Origin: a virus
Lineage: Duplodnaviria; Caudoviricetes
Direction: 5' to 3' (one strand)
Length of the DNA: 37,507 nucleotides
Virus record (IMG/VR): IMGVR_UViG_3300022930_000019
Location: 1-37,507 of that record
This document shows positions 1 to 7,963 of the stretch, one piece after another. The number at the start of each line of letters is the position of its first letter. Position 1 is the stretch's first letter. The position numbers and the translations under genes were made by a program. Below the pieces are notes generated by a model. The model was not told the DNA's origin. It ran no database searches and saw nothing but the letters and a program-made list of their open reading frames with translations.

Positions 1-2
1 CG

Positions 3-560
3 TTTGATTCATTCCGAACTAACGAAGCGAAGGCATGGCGCGATTCACAACCTGATGATACGGCGATCGTAACTCAACAAAAGATTGACGATCTCAACAA
101 GATTATTGATCGACTTATCGAACACCCAAAGATTAAACCGTTCTTAGAAGTTCCCTGTGCTACCGAGTTAATCGTTGAGAAGAAAGCACATGCGCACAAC
201 GTTAAGGGTATTCTAGACCTAGTATCGACGGATAACGAAGCAATAAATATTATTGACTGGAAATTCGTTTCGAGCCTTATATTTGACTCGTTCGCAAAAA
301 AAGCTTTGTTTATGCATTACGATCTACAGGCATCCGTATACGACTTTCTAAAAGACGCGACGAATGTTTATTTCGGAGTTATTGAGAACGAAGCACCACA
401 TCGTATTAAACTATTTCACTGCGACAGTTCATTCTTAGAAAGTGGAGCCGAGAAGTTCAGCAAGGCATTCAAGATACTAGACGAGGCTAAGTGGAGAGAA
501 CCGAACTTTAATATAGAAGAGGTATCAGAGCTTATGTCATGGGAAAATCATAATGGGTAG
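3..560 (+). CDS. PD-(D/E)xK exonuclease (RecE/lambda-exo-like), C-terminal part; 5' end lies at the window end
   Basis: Frame open from base 3: FDSFRTNEAKAWRD...KGILDLV...IIDWK...YDLQASVY (D, DxK and QxxxY motifs). Follows a Rad52-like annealase across the junction. Confidence 0.75.
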   Translation, partial: FDSFRTNEAKAWRDSQPDDTAIVTQQKIDDLNKIIDRLIEHPKIKPFLEVPCATELIVEKKAHAHNVKGILDLVSTDNEAINIIDWKFVSSLIFDSFAKKALFMHYDLQASVYDFLKDATNVYFGVIENEAPHRIKLFHCDSSFLESGAEKFSKAFKILDEAKWREPNFNIEEVSELMSWENHNG

Positions 561-825
561 GAAAAAGCCGGAGTGGTTGGATGAAAACCTTCCCAAACTT
601 GTAAACTTGTGTGAACAAAACGGCTATGAGTACGAGAAGAAAAGCATATATCAGTACAGGATTTATGGAGCAACTCACGTTATAGACATTTACCCAAGTC
701 GTATGGTTTACCATAGGCTGGAATGTGAAACTATAAGATCAGTTGAACCATATCCAAGAGTACTAGACGAACGATTTAATAAAGAACAAGTAGAACAATT
801 ACTTGCGACAGGAGACTTTAAGTAA
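553..825 (+). CDS. hypothetical phage protein
   Basis: 90-aa ORF overlapping both neighbours. Confidence 0.7.
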   Translation: MGRKKPEWLDENLPKLVNLCEQNGYEYEKKSIYQYRIYGATHVIDIYPSRMVYHRLECETIRSVEPYPRVLDERFNKEQVEQLLATGDFK

Positions 826-980
826 TGAGCGATGCGGGCGATAAAGCTGTAGAAAAACTTAGTATGGTAAAAGACTTAACTGAAAACAAAGAAGTGAAAT
901 TGATCGCTAAGATTATGTCTGAGTATATAACAAATAGTGAAAAAGACGATCTAGGTTTTAATGGTAAAGGTAAAAAGTAA
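825..980 (+). CDS. small hypothetical protein (51 aa, MSDAGDKAVEKL...)
   Basis: TAATG-coupled at both ends; below the track cut-off. Confidence 0.6.
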   Translation: MSDAGDKAVEKLSMVKDLTENKEVKLIAKIMSEYITNSEKDDLGFNGKGKK

Positions 981-1192
981 TGCCGGATAGTAAATGGAAG
1001 CAAACCATGATCAAAAAACTCGGTTCGGAAGAAGCCGTCAGCGAGTATATGTCAAATATATCAAAAAAGCAGATCGGCATACCTAAGCCTACAAGTGGTA
1101 CAGCCGCACTCTCAAAAGAAGAACGATCACGACGTGGTAAAGATGCGGCTAACAAACGATGGGGTAATACTAACGGATTGGATAATAAGTAA
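980..1192 (+). CDS. small basic protein, distantly KGG/general-stress-like
   Basis: Lys/Gly/Arg-rich (EERSRRGKDAANKRWG); TAATG coupling. Confidence 0.55.
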   Translation: MPDSKWKQTMIKKLGSEEAVSEYMSNISKKQIGIPKPTSGTAALSKEERSRRGKDAANKRWGNTNGLDNK

Positions 1193-1401
1193 TGGGAAGA
1201 AACATTTTGAGCATTTGTGACGAATGTAGCGAGTACATCTTTCATTTAAGAGGTAAAGAGGGTGACTTAATGCAGAAGTTCCAAAACCTGCACTGGAAAC
1301 ATGAGAAGTACACAAGAATAGTGAGTGATTACGTTACCGAACAACCTGACAGCTACGAAGATGTAACCGACGAACTAACTAACACAACAGAAGAGGGATA
1401 G
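1192..1401 (+). CDS. hypothetical protein with CxxC
   Basis: CDEC motif; coupled ORF. Confidence 0.6.
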   Translation: MGRNILSICDECSEYIFHLRGKEGDLMQKFQNLHWKHEKYTRIVSDYVTEQPDSYEDVTDELTNTTEEG

Positions 1402-1402
1402 T

Positions 1403-1879
1403 ATGAGCAAAGAAATAATTACAGTTGAGACTTATGGCAAGGGTATTACTGATAACCCCGACCTCATAGGTAAGACTATTAAAAAGATACGGTTTAGCGA
1501 GGAGTACCTAGTACTTGAGTTTGAAGATAGTGTTTTTGTGATGTCAGTTGAGGGCGATTGCTGTTCAACGAGCTACTTTTACGATTTCTACGGCGTAGAG
1601 AGTATTCTCAATCACAAGGTTAAAGAGATAACTACAGTAGAACTTGACCCAACCGACCTCAAGGCTTCACATAGTGGAGAATCAATAGAAGTCTACGGGT
1701 ATAAGATTATCTGTGATGATAATGAGAGCGAATATAACTATTACGGAACTAGTAGAACTGGAGTATTCTCTTTTAGGAACGACAGCAACGGATATTATGG
1801 AGGCTACTGTATACCTGTATCAGAAAGTTTCGACTATGAATCTGTTCCTGAGATAACAAAAGACGTATCGGGTGTCTGA
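1403..1879 (+). CDS. conserved hypothetical phage protein
   Basis: GDCCS and SNGYYGG motifs typical of a widespread phage family; RBS AGAGGG. Confidence 0.7.
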   Translation: MSKEIITVETYGKGITDNPDLIGKTIKKIRFSEEYLVLEFEDSVFVMSVEGDCCSTSYFYDFYGVESILNHKVKEITTVELDPTDLKASHSGESIEVYGYKIICDDNESEYNYYGTSRTGVFSFRNDSNGYYGGYCIPVSESFDYESVPEITKDVSGV

Positions 1880-1913
1880 CCCCCTACAGAGTAAGTAATA
1901 AAGAAAGGTAACT

Positions 1914-2504
1914 ATGAGGATACTAAATCTATATGCGGGAATCGGCGGCAATAGAAAACTATGGGATGGTCACGAGGTGACAGCTATTGAGAACGAACAA
2001 TATATTGCAGACGCCTACGCAGTGCTCTACCCAAACGATACGGTTATAGTTGCAGATGCCCACCAGTATTTACTAGACCATTACAAGGAGTACGACTTTA
2101 TCTGGTCATCACCGCCTTGTCCGACACATTCTCGTATGCGAAACTCACTAGTGAAGAGTAAACCAGTATATCCTGACATGAAGTTATACGAGGAAATTAT
2201 ATTCTTAAAACATTTTTATAAGGGTGACTGGGTTATAGAGAATGTTATTCCTTATTATTCACCACTAATCTCACCAGTTGCAGTGATTGACAGACACTTT
2301 GTGTGGAGCAACAAACCTATAAGTGAGTCAAAGTTTAGTAGAGGATATGCTGGGCGTATCACAGACCAATCTAAAGAAGCACTGGCCACCGAGTACGGTA
2401 TAGAATTACCAGAGGGAACAAAAAACCAGAGAAAGTTGCTGCGTAACGCTGTACACCCAGACTTCGGACTGTACATTCTAAACCAATTAGCGGAGGAATC
2501 CTAA
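1914..2504 (+). CDS. compact DNA (cytosine-5) methyltransferase
   Basis: Motif I LNLYAGIGG, catalytic motif IV SPPCP, motif VI ENV, C-terminal RNAV. Confidence 0.85.
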   Translation: MRILNLYAGIGGNRKLWDGHEVTAIENEQYIADAYAVLYPNDTVIVADAHQYLLDHYKEYDFIWSSPPCPTHSRMRNSLVKSKPVYPDMKLYEEIIFLKHFYKGDWVIENVIPYYSPLISPVAVIDRHFVWSNKPISESKFSRGYAGRITDQSKEALATEYGIELPEGTKNQRKLLRNAVHPDFGLYILNQLAEES

Positions 2505-2550
2505 TGTCATCTAACAAGGTTAATCACTAAGTAGTATAAGGAATAATAGA

Positions 2551-2664
2551 ATGAGCTACATCAAAGAATATGGGCTAAAAGTATGGTGGTATAACGTAAG
2601 ATTTAACTTTGCATATTGGTTACTGGGTGCTAAGTCTATGAAAGTTACCAGGAAAAAGCGATGA
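2551..2664 (+). CDS. small hypothetical protein (37 aa)
   Basis: AAGGA upstream; ATGA overlap with next ORF. Confidence 0.45.
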   Translation: MSYIKEYGLKVWWYNVRFNFAYWLLGAKSMKVTRKKR

Positions 2665-2894
2665 ATCAAGATATGGTTTTAGTACCGAAACACATAATCA
2701 AACGGCTTAGCTCTTATTATAAGGTTGGCGGATTCTTTCGTGAAGGTAAGCCCCCAATATTAGTATTGAATGCTCTTGATGACATAACACACTACGATTA
2801 CGGAGAGCCTATGCAAACGCAACATTCTTTCAGAAAAGTCCCAGCCGTACCAAAATCAAGGAAACGACCCCTAACCCAACAGGAAGATATATAA
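2661..2894 (+). CDS. hypothetical protein
   Basis: 77-aa ORF in operon. Confidence 0.55.
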   Translation: MNQDMVLVPKHIIKRLSSYYKVGGFFREGKPPILVLNALDDITHYDYGEPMQTQHSFRKVPAVPKSRKRPLTQQEDI

Positions 2895-2895
2895 C

Positions 2896-3072
2896 ATGGA
2901 TAAGGTGACTTTACTTCCACCAAACGCATTTGATACTGAATACCAGTTCACGGAGCCTATAGCTGAGTTTTACGGTGAGTTAGAAGACTTTATAATGGTC
3001 AGATTAAGTGAAGGTAAAGTACAAATACGGAGGGTCATTGAGAATCCTACCTCTGGTCAGAAAGATATATAA
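2896..3072 (+). CDS. hypothetical protein (58 aa, MDKVTLLPP...)
   Basis: RBS AGGA; fills the gap before NinG. Confidence 0.55.
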   Translation: MDKVTLLPPNAFDTEYQFTEPIAEFYGELEDFIMVRLSEGKVQIRRVIENPTSGQKDI

Positions 3073-3075
3073 GAG

Positions 3076-3669
3076 ATGGTATCCCAGGCTAAAGGCGGTT
3101 GTAAAGATTGTGGGTCTATGACTCATACAGCGGTTTATCACAATCGTAAGCCTATTAAGCCAAGGCTCTATACCGCCTCCTCGACAGGTACGACGAGTGA
3201 AAGTACTATTTACTTCACGGTAAAGAAGTCTCGAAAGAAGCGCACACCAAGGGCTAAAGCTAAAGATGCGGCATGGGCGGCATTCTCACTATTCATACGT
3301 ATAAGAGACTCTCTAGCAACCACAGGAACCATAGAGGCATGTGTATGTATTACTTGTAACGAACGCGGATACTCAGAACCCAAAGACTTCAAACATATTC
3401 AAGCAGGTCATGCGATCGGGGGACGTAAAAGCTCGATCCTGTTTCACGAGGAGATCACGAACGGTCAGTGCGACTATTGCAATGCACAGGGTAAGTTTGG
3501 ACTTAGTGGAGATTACGGCAATTACGCTGCTGCACTTATAAAGAAATATGGACTTGAACATTATAGGGAATTACAAGCACTTGCTCGTACAACTGTTCAA
3601 TACAAGACTAATGACTTTGTTGAGATAGCAGAACTGTATAAAGAAAAGACGAGAGCATTATTGTCATAA
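3076..3669 (+). CDS. ninG: NinG/Rap-family recombination endonuclease
   Basis: AFSLFIRIRD, CITC, QAGH, NGQCDYCN, Y...LIKKYG motifs. Confidence 0.8.
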   Translation: MVSQAKGGCKDCGSMTHTAVYHNRKPIKPRLYTASSTGTTSESTIYFTVKKSRKKRTPRAKAKDAAWAAFSLFIRIRDSLATTGTIEACVCITCNERGYSEPKDFKHIQAGHAIGGRKSSILFHEEITNGQCDYCNAQGKFGLSGDYGNYAAALIKKYGLEHYRELQALARTTVQYKTNDFVEIAELYKEKTRALLS

Positions 3670-3690
3670 ACATTAGTTATATGTTATGAT
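3661..3690 (+). promoter_or_regulatory. sigma70-like promoter for the KGG gene
   Basis: TTGTCA...TG-T-TATGAT. Confidence 0.5.
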
Positions 3691-3722
3691 GATAGTGTTA
3701 ATAAAACGAAAGGTAATACACA

Positions 3723-3920
3723 ATGGCAGGAACAAAAATTGGCGGCGCTAAAGCAGCAGCAAAGAATCTAGCAAAAGATCCAGACTTCTATAAAAAGATT
3801 GGTGCAAGAGGTGGCGCAAATGGTCACACTGGTGGTTTTGCCGCGAACCCTGACCTTGCACGCGTTGCGGGCGCCAAAGGTGGTAGAATCTCACGACGTC
3901 GCAAACCAGGTCAAGTCTAA
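3723..3920 (+). CDS. KGG-repeat general-stress-like protein
   Basis: DFYKKIGARGG...TGGFAANPDLARVAGAKGG; RBS GAAAGG. Confidence 0.85.
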   Translation: MAGTKIGGAKAAAKNLAKDPDFYKKIGARGGANGHTGGFAANPDLARVAGAKGGRISRRRKPGQV

Positions 3921-3931
3921 GCATAAATAGC

Positions 3932-3988
3932 TTGACTTAGCGTGTACGGTATGATAGTATAAATAAGTAAAGCAAAAAAGGTTTTACT
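3932..3988 (+). promoter_or_regulatory. early promoter cassette, copy 1
   Basis: TTGACT-17-TAGTAT; spacer motif CGTGTACGG; leader AAAGGTTTTAC inside a hairpin. Confidence 0.65.
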
Positions 3989-4152
3989 GAAACAAGGCAG
4001 CATTACAGTAGAAGATCGTCACTGACATCTCGACTGCCAAGTTTCAACAATATAAACAAACTGGGTAGCCTCCGAGTGGGAAATCAAGCAAGGTAATCGG
4101 ATGTAACCTCCGGCACGAGTCTTGCCAAGGAACTCACTCGAAAGCTACTCAG
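3989..4152 (+). ncRNA. structured 5' leader or ncRNA with two domains
   Basis: GAAAC/GTTTC + GGCAG/CTGCC (3989-4045); CTGGGTAGC/GCTACTCAG (4061-4069/4144-4152) with nested CGAGTGG/TCACTCG. Confidence 0.55.
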
Positions 4153-4169
4153 CAAAAAGAAAGGTTCAT

Positions 4170-4391
4170 ATGTCAAAAGAACAAGCACCTGTAAAAAAGA
4201 ACAAGAAAAAAGTAAACATGACTGTAGCTCAATTAATCGGATTCTGGTCACTAGTCGTACTGATCGCGACGTTCTGGTTTGGCACATTTGTAGGAACTCA
4301 AGCAACACTTAATTCACAAGCTAACGAAGCTCAGGTTAAGACGCAAGCGATCGAAGAATACAAGGCAGAACTTTTAAAAGAAAAACAGTAG
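4170..4391 (+). CDS. single-TM membrane protein; zero-frame part of a probable -1 frameshift fusion
   Basis: ATG 4170 after GAAAGG; basic N-terminus, then hydrophobic LIGFWSLVVLIATFWFGTFVG. Confidence 0.75.
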   Translation: MSKEQAPVKKNKKKVNMTVAQLIGFWSLVVLIATFWFGTFVGTQATLNSQANEAQVKTQAIEEYKAELLKEKQ

Positions 4392-4425
4392 CCTTACCAC
4401 CTACTGAAACAAAGCAAGCGGTAGG
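4373..4425 (+). other. -1 programmed frameshift signal (slippery heptamer + H-type pseudoknot)
   Basis: In-frame T TTA AAA (4373-4379); 6-nt spacer; stem 1 CAGTAG/CTACTG; stem 2 CTTACC/GGTAGG. Confidence 0.7.
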
Positions 4426-4744
4426 AACTAGCAAAGAAATTTTGCAAGTTGTGGAAAACTGTAGCCTCGTTAGCCGTTACGATTGGGACACTCGCATAGC
4501 TCGTGCAATTTGTATGGCAGAGAGTGGCGGGAACAGTCAGGCGTATAATGGAGCTAACAGTAACGGCAGCAATGATGCGGGACTGATGCAAATTAATAGT
4601 ATCCATGTAGATAGTGGGCTAATAAGTTCAGAAGACAGGTTTAATCCTGAAAAGAACATGGCCGCTGCGTATGCTATCTACAAAGGTTCAGGCTTTAGAG
4701 CTTGGAGCGCGTATAATAATCTTAGTTATCAGAAGTACCTTTAA
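4376..4744 (+). CDS. SLT-type lytic transglycosylase domain (-1 frame)
   Basis: AICMAESGG (catalytic Glu), DAGLMQIN, FRAWSAY; frame open back through the slippery site; the track's TTG start at 4442 has a weak RBS. Confidence 0.8.
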   Translation, partial: KRKTVALPPTETKQAVGTSKEILQVVENCSLVSRYDWDTRIARAICMAESGGNSQAYNGANSNGSNDAGLMQINSIHVDSGLISSEDRFNPEKNMAAAYAIYKGSGFRAWSAYNNLSYQKYL

Positions 4745-4752
4745 AAATTCGA

Positions 4753-5173
4753 CTGTTCACATGGACACGTAAGTGATCGGGTTCGATTCCCTCTCCCTGT
4801 TGCCAGCTAGTAACTGGCGACAGGCCTGGTTCGTTACTGAATGGGCTTATGTGTTCTTCATGGCTACACAAGGTGAAATCCTCTGCGTAAGCAGCTAAGT
4901 CCTACGACGGGTAACCGCCTGAAATATAGCGAAGTCAGTAGAACTTGTGTAGTCAGCTAGTAGTAAAGCGGGTGCTAAAGGATTTAATTGCCTAAGAGCG
5001 AGTATCGAAGCACTGTCTACTAGCAGCCATGTGAACAGCTGAGATTAGAGTACAAAGACTTATAGATGGTTGCACGGAGTACCACGCTAGGACAATTCGA
5101 TGGAGTAATTACCATTGCTGTGTTGAGGATATATACTCAGAAAACAATTGTCCCCGTTCCATCTGTTTATAAG
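4753..5173 (+). ncRNA. large multibranched ncRNA of unknown family
   Basis: 12-bp closing helix 4753-4764/5027-5038, nested helices, GTAA tetraloops, T-loop-like GGGTTCGATTCCC; second domain 5059-5173. Confidence 0.7.
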
Positions 5174-5206
5174 GTTAATAACAATATTTAGTAAGAGGAG
5201 ATACAG

Positions 5207-5416
5207 ATGATTTACAAAGTAGTTGAAGTTGGCGGATATCCAAAAGACGGTTCAACCTACGAGCTTGAGAAAAGGGTTAAAGAGATGATTGACATGGGTT
5301 TCAAGCCATTAGGTGGTATCAACTCATTTCAGGAATCCACGGGTGGAGGTATTCATACTAGGCGTTCGCAAGCTATGATTAAACCAGAAACATTATTGGA
5401 AAAGATTTTTAACTAA
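5207..5416 (+). CDS. DUF1737-like small protein
   Basis: YKVV...LEKRVKEMIDMGFKPLGGI...SQAM pattern; RBS GAGGAG. Confidence 0.6.
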   Translation: MIYKVVEVGGYPKDGSTYELEKRVKEMIDMGFKPLGGINSFQESTGGGIHTRRSQAMIKPETLLEKIFN

Positions 5417-5438
5417 CCCTTAATATAGAGATCAACAC

Positions 5439-5471
5439 AGGATCGCGATTCAACCCGCGATCTTTTATTTT
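5439..5471 (+). terminator. intrinsic terminator
   Basis: AGGATCGCG/CGCGATCTT followed by a T-rich tail. Confidence 0.7.
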
Positions 5472-5475
5472 GTAC

Positions 5476-5529
5476 TTGATTCTGTAGCGAGTATGGCATA
5501 TAATAAGGGTGTAAAAGAAAGGTTTTACT
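5476..5529 (+). promoter_or_regulatory. early promoter cassette, copy 2
   Basis: TTGATT-17-TATAAT; spacer CGAGTATGG; leader GTAAAA-GAAAGG-TTTTAC. Confidence 0.75.
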
Positions 5530-5646
5530 ATGAAAATTAAAGTTATGCATGTCAACCAATTAGGTGACAAAGGCGAAATTATCAAGCTTACTAAAGGTGG
5601 TTTACGAGTTCGCTTCTATAAGCGTTATCTAGGGCGAGGTCTATAA
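5530..5646 (+). CDS. 38-aa basic protein with weak resemblance to the ribosomal bL9 N-terminal domain
   Basis: MKIKVMHVNQLGDKGEIIKLTKGGLRVRFYKRYLGRGL; RBS GAAAGG; first gene after the promoter. Confidence 0.55.
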   Translation: MKIKVMHVNQLGDKGEIIKLTKGGLRVRFYKRYLGRGL

Positions 5647-5723
5647 TGTTGGGCAGTTACATTAAAAAAGAGCTACCGGTACTGTACAGCGTCTTAAACC
5701 TACCCACAGGAGATAAAAACTAA
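5646..5723 (+). CDS. 25-aa micro-ORF
   Basis: TAATG-coupled at both ends. Confidence 0.4.
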   Translation: MLGSYIKKELPVLYSVLNLPTGDKN

Positions 5724-6010
5724 TGGATGAAAAATTAAGTGATCTTGATCGTAAGTTTTGGGATTTCCACCACAATAACCCGATTGTATTTAATAAGTTA
5801 GAAAAGCTCGCAGCAGACGCATATAAAACCGGACGAAAGAAGATTGGTATCGGTATGCTATTTGAAGTATTGAGGTGGTATTCAATGTTTGAAGTTCAAG
5901 GGGAAGCTTACAAGCTTAACAACAGCTATCGGAGCCGTTACACACGTATCCTCATAGACGCACACCCTGAATATAGAAGTATGTTTGAAACACGGAGGAT
6001 TAAGTCATGA
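5723..6010 (+). CDS. conserved hypothetical phage protein
   Basis: FHHNNP...IGIGMLFEVLRW...YKLNNSYRSRYTR...FETR; RBS AGGAG. Confidence 0.75.
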   Translation: MDEKLSDLDRKFWDFHHNNPIVFNKLEKLAADAYKTGRKKIGIGMLFEVLRWYSMFEVQGEAYKLNNSYRSRYTRILIDAHPEYRSMFETRRIKS

Positions 6011-6141
6011 TCGCGATCGCATTAATGGTGTTCGGTGCAATGTTCATATTGACTGGTATCGTTATGTTTATATTAGTCTCTATCGAGTTCGCCAAAGAAC
6101 GTGACTGGTTGAAATCACGTAAATCTGGGAAGAAGAAGTAA
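6007..6141 (+). CDS. small single-TM protein (44 aa)
   Basis: Hydrophobic N-terminus, Lys-rich tail; overlaps both neighbours. Confidence 0.6.
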   Translation: MIAIALMVFGAMFILTGIVMFILVSIEFAKERDWLKSRKSGKKK

Positions 6142-6554
6142 TGAGTACTAAAAGCAATACAGAAGAACTATTTGAGCTATGTAAGGAAGTATATGTGAAG
6201 TTTCCAAGTTGGAAATATGGCCTTGACTGGATGGGATATGTAAACAAGGGTCTTGATAGTGAGTATATCAACCGAACTTGTTACGACCCAACTGATGATG
6301 AAGATGATTTCCTGTGGGAGCAAGAAGAATACGACCACGTTCCCCTCTATACCTCCGACTACCTACTAGAGAAGTTACTACAGGTCACCCCGTCTATAAA
6401 GTTTTACAAAGCAAGTAACGGCTACATTCACTTATTGTACGAACCGCAGCGACCAGACTACGAAACGTATATATCTGACACCCCACTCAAAGCCCTTCTA
6501 AAGCTCGCCATCGCGCTGCATGAAGCAGGCGAATTAAAAGGTAACTCACTATGA
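6141..6554 (+). CDS. hypothetical protein
   Basis: 137 aa, coupled. Confidence 0.7.
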   Translation: MSTKSNTEELFELCKEVYVKFPSWKYGLDWMGYVNKGLDSEYINRTCYDPTDDEDDFLWEQEEYDHVPLYTSDYLLEKLLQVTPSIKFYKASNGYIHLLYEPQRPDYETYISDTPLKALLKLAIALHEAGELKGNSL

Positions 6555-6988
6555 ACCAAGAACTGAGAGATAAGATAGACGCAACGTTGCAAGAACACCT
6601 AGGGGATTTAGATATTGAATTGAACTACCTTGTAAACTCCCTCTATCAATTAGTAGTAGAGAGCCAGAAAATTTCAGAAGGTAAGCTTGGAGACATCCAC
6701 CTTATACTTGTACGACTTAAAGATAATCAATATTACCAGCCAGCACTAGATACCTTTGGAGATGAAGTACGACCTTTCGCAGAAACTACATCATGGGGTG
6801 GTGAGCTACACAAAATGGCAGAGGTTGATTTAGCTATGAAAGATATAGCTACGGTGCTTCAATCTCAACTCTCATCTATAGGGGGTAAAAGCGAATGGGG
6901 AACACCAGGCAATACCGCTATTGAGGATATGCCAGCGGTGATTACACCAGCAGAGGTTGCTAGGTTTAGAGATTATGAGGATAGGTAA
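6551..6988 (+). CDS. hypothetical protein
   Basis: 145 aa, ATGA overlap. Confidence 0.7.
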   Translation: MNQELRDKIDATLQEHLGDLDIELNYLVNSLYQLVVESQKISEGKLGDIHLILVRLKDNQYYQPALDTFGDEVRPFAETTSWGGELHKMAEVDLAMKDIATVLQSQLSSIGGKSEWGTPGNTAIEDMPAVITPAEVARFRDYEDR

Positions 6989-6993
6989 CTAAT

Positions 6994-7233
6994 ATGAACG
7001 AATTACGAAAGAAGCTAGACGCAATCGAAGTTAGTATGCCAGCGGGTGAGTATAACTACGAATGGGAACTGGATGAAATGCTTGGTTCACCTGTCGAGTC
7101 CGTCATCGACGCTATCCTACAGGCTTTACCAGAAGAGGGGGACATATCTACCGACCCTAAGTGGAATCAGGCAAGGAGTAATACATTACGAGAAGTACGT
7201 AATATTCTAAATGAAGCGAGGAATTCAAAATGA
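6994..7233 (+). CDS. hypothetical protein
   Basis: 79 aa in operon. Confidence 0.65.
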   Translation: MNELRKKLDAIEVSMPAGEYNYEWELDEMLGSPVESVIDAILQALPEEGDISTDPKWNQARSNTLREVRNILNEARNSK

Positions 7234-7502
7234 GTTACCTACCAGATAATACGAGTGATGAGCTGCACCGACTTCTTTCATATATAACTGGCGATAATAC
7301 GAAAGCAGGTGATATTCGTAATACTGTATCTGCTATCAACACCCTCATCACACAGAGGGAGAACGCAGCAAAATTAAAGGGACAGGCCAACCTCATCATA
7401 GAATTACAGAATGCAGAAGTGATTGATGATATAGACGCTGAACACTGGTACGCACAGATTGAATCTGAGCTTTCACCTAAACTACTAGAGGAGAATAAAT
7501 AA
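7230..7502 (+). CDS. hypothetical protein
   Basis: 90 aa, coupled. Confidence 0.65.
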   Translation: MSYLPDNTSDELHRLLSYITGDNTKAGDIRNTVSAINTLITQRENAAKLKGQANLIIELQNAEVIDDIDAEHWYAQIESELSPKLLEENK

Positions 7503-7897
7503 TGGCACTGTTATGTAGCAAATGCGGCAAACCAGCGGCAATTGGACACTCGTGTACACCCTGGATTCAAGGTGTATCAAATGTATCTGTAATGCCTTCT
7601 AATGATGTACAGAGCGAAGAACTAGATAATTTACTCAATCAATTCTATCAAGCTGGTAAGAATGGAGACCATCCAAACAACTCAAATCTTCACAAGAGTG
7701 TTTTGGCATATAAAAGTTCAATCAAAGAAGCCATTGGTGAAGCACTAGCAAATCGTGACAAGACGGTGAAACTGACCGTAGGCGTTGTGCTGACGGGTGA
7801 TTTAGGAAAAAAATTCATAGAATATTACGACTCCTACAGGGAATTTGACCAAGAGCCTGACCGCATCCAATCATTAAAGACAGAAGGAGGAAAATAA
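7502..7897 (+). CDS. hypothetical protein with N-terminal CxxC...HxC
   Basis: CSKCGKPAAIGHSC; RBS GAGGAG. Confidence 0.65.
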   Translation: MALLCSKCGKPAAIGHSCTPWIQGVSNVSVMPSNDVQSEELDNLLNQFYQAGKNGDHPNNSNLHKSVLAYKSSIKEAIGEALANRDKTVKLTVGVVLTGDLGKKFIEYYDSYREFDQEPDRIQSLKTEGGK

Positions 7898-7963
7898 TGG
7901 ACAGCGGAAAACTAGACTACTTCATACCAACTATTGACCCAAATACAGGGGAGGATATAGCTA

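Noticed and set aside
4122-4169. Longer TTG start of the membrane ORF
   Set aside because: Lies inside the structured leader; GAAAGG marks ATG 4170
4779-4791. tRNA gene suggested by GGGTTCGATTCCC
   Set aside because: No acceptor stem, D arm or anticodon arm at proper spacing; it sits inside a larger fold
4876-4903. Group I intron-like GCAGCTAAGTCCT
   Set aside because: No P7 R/S elements and no interrupted gene found
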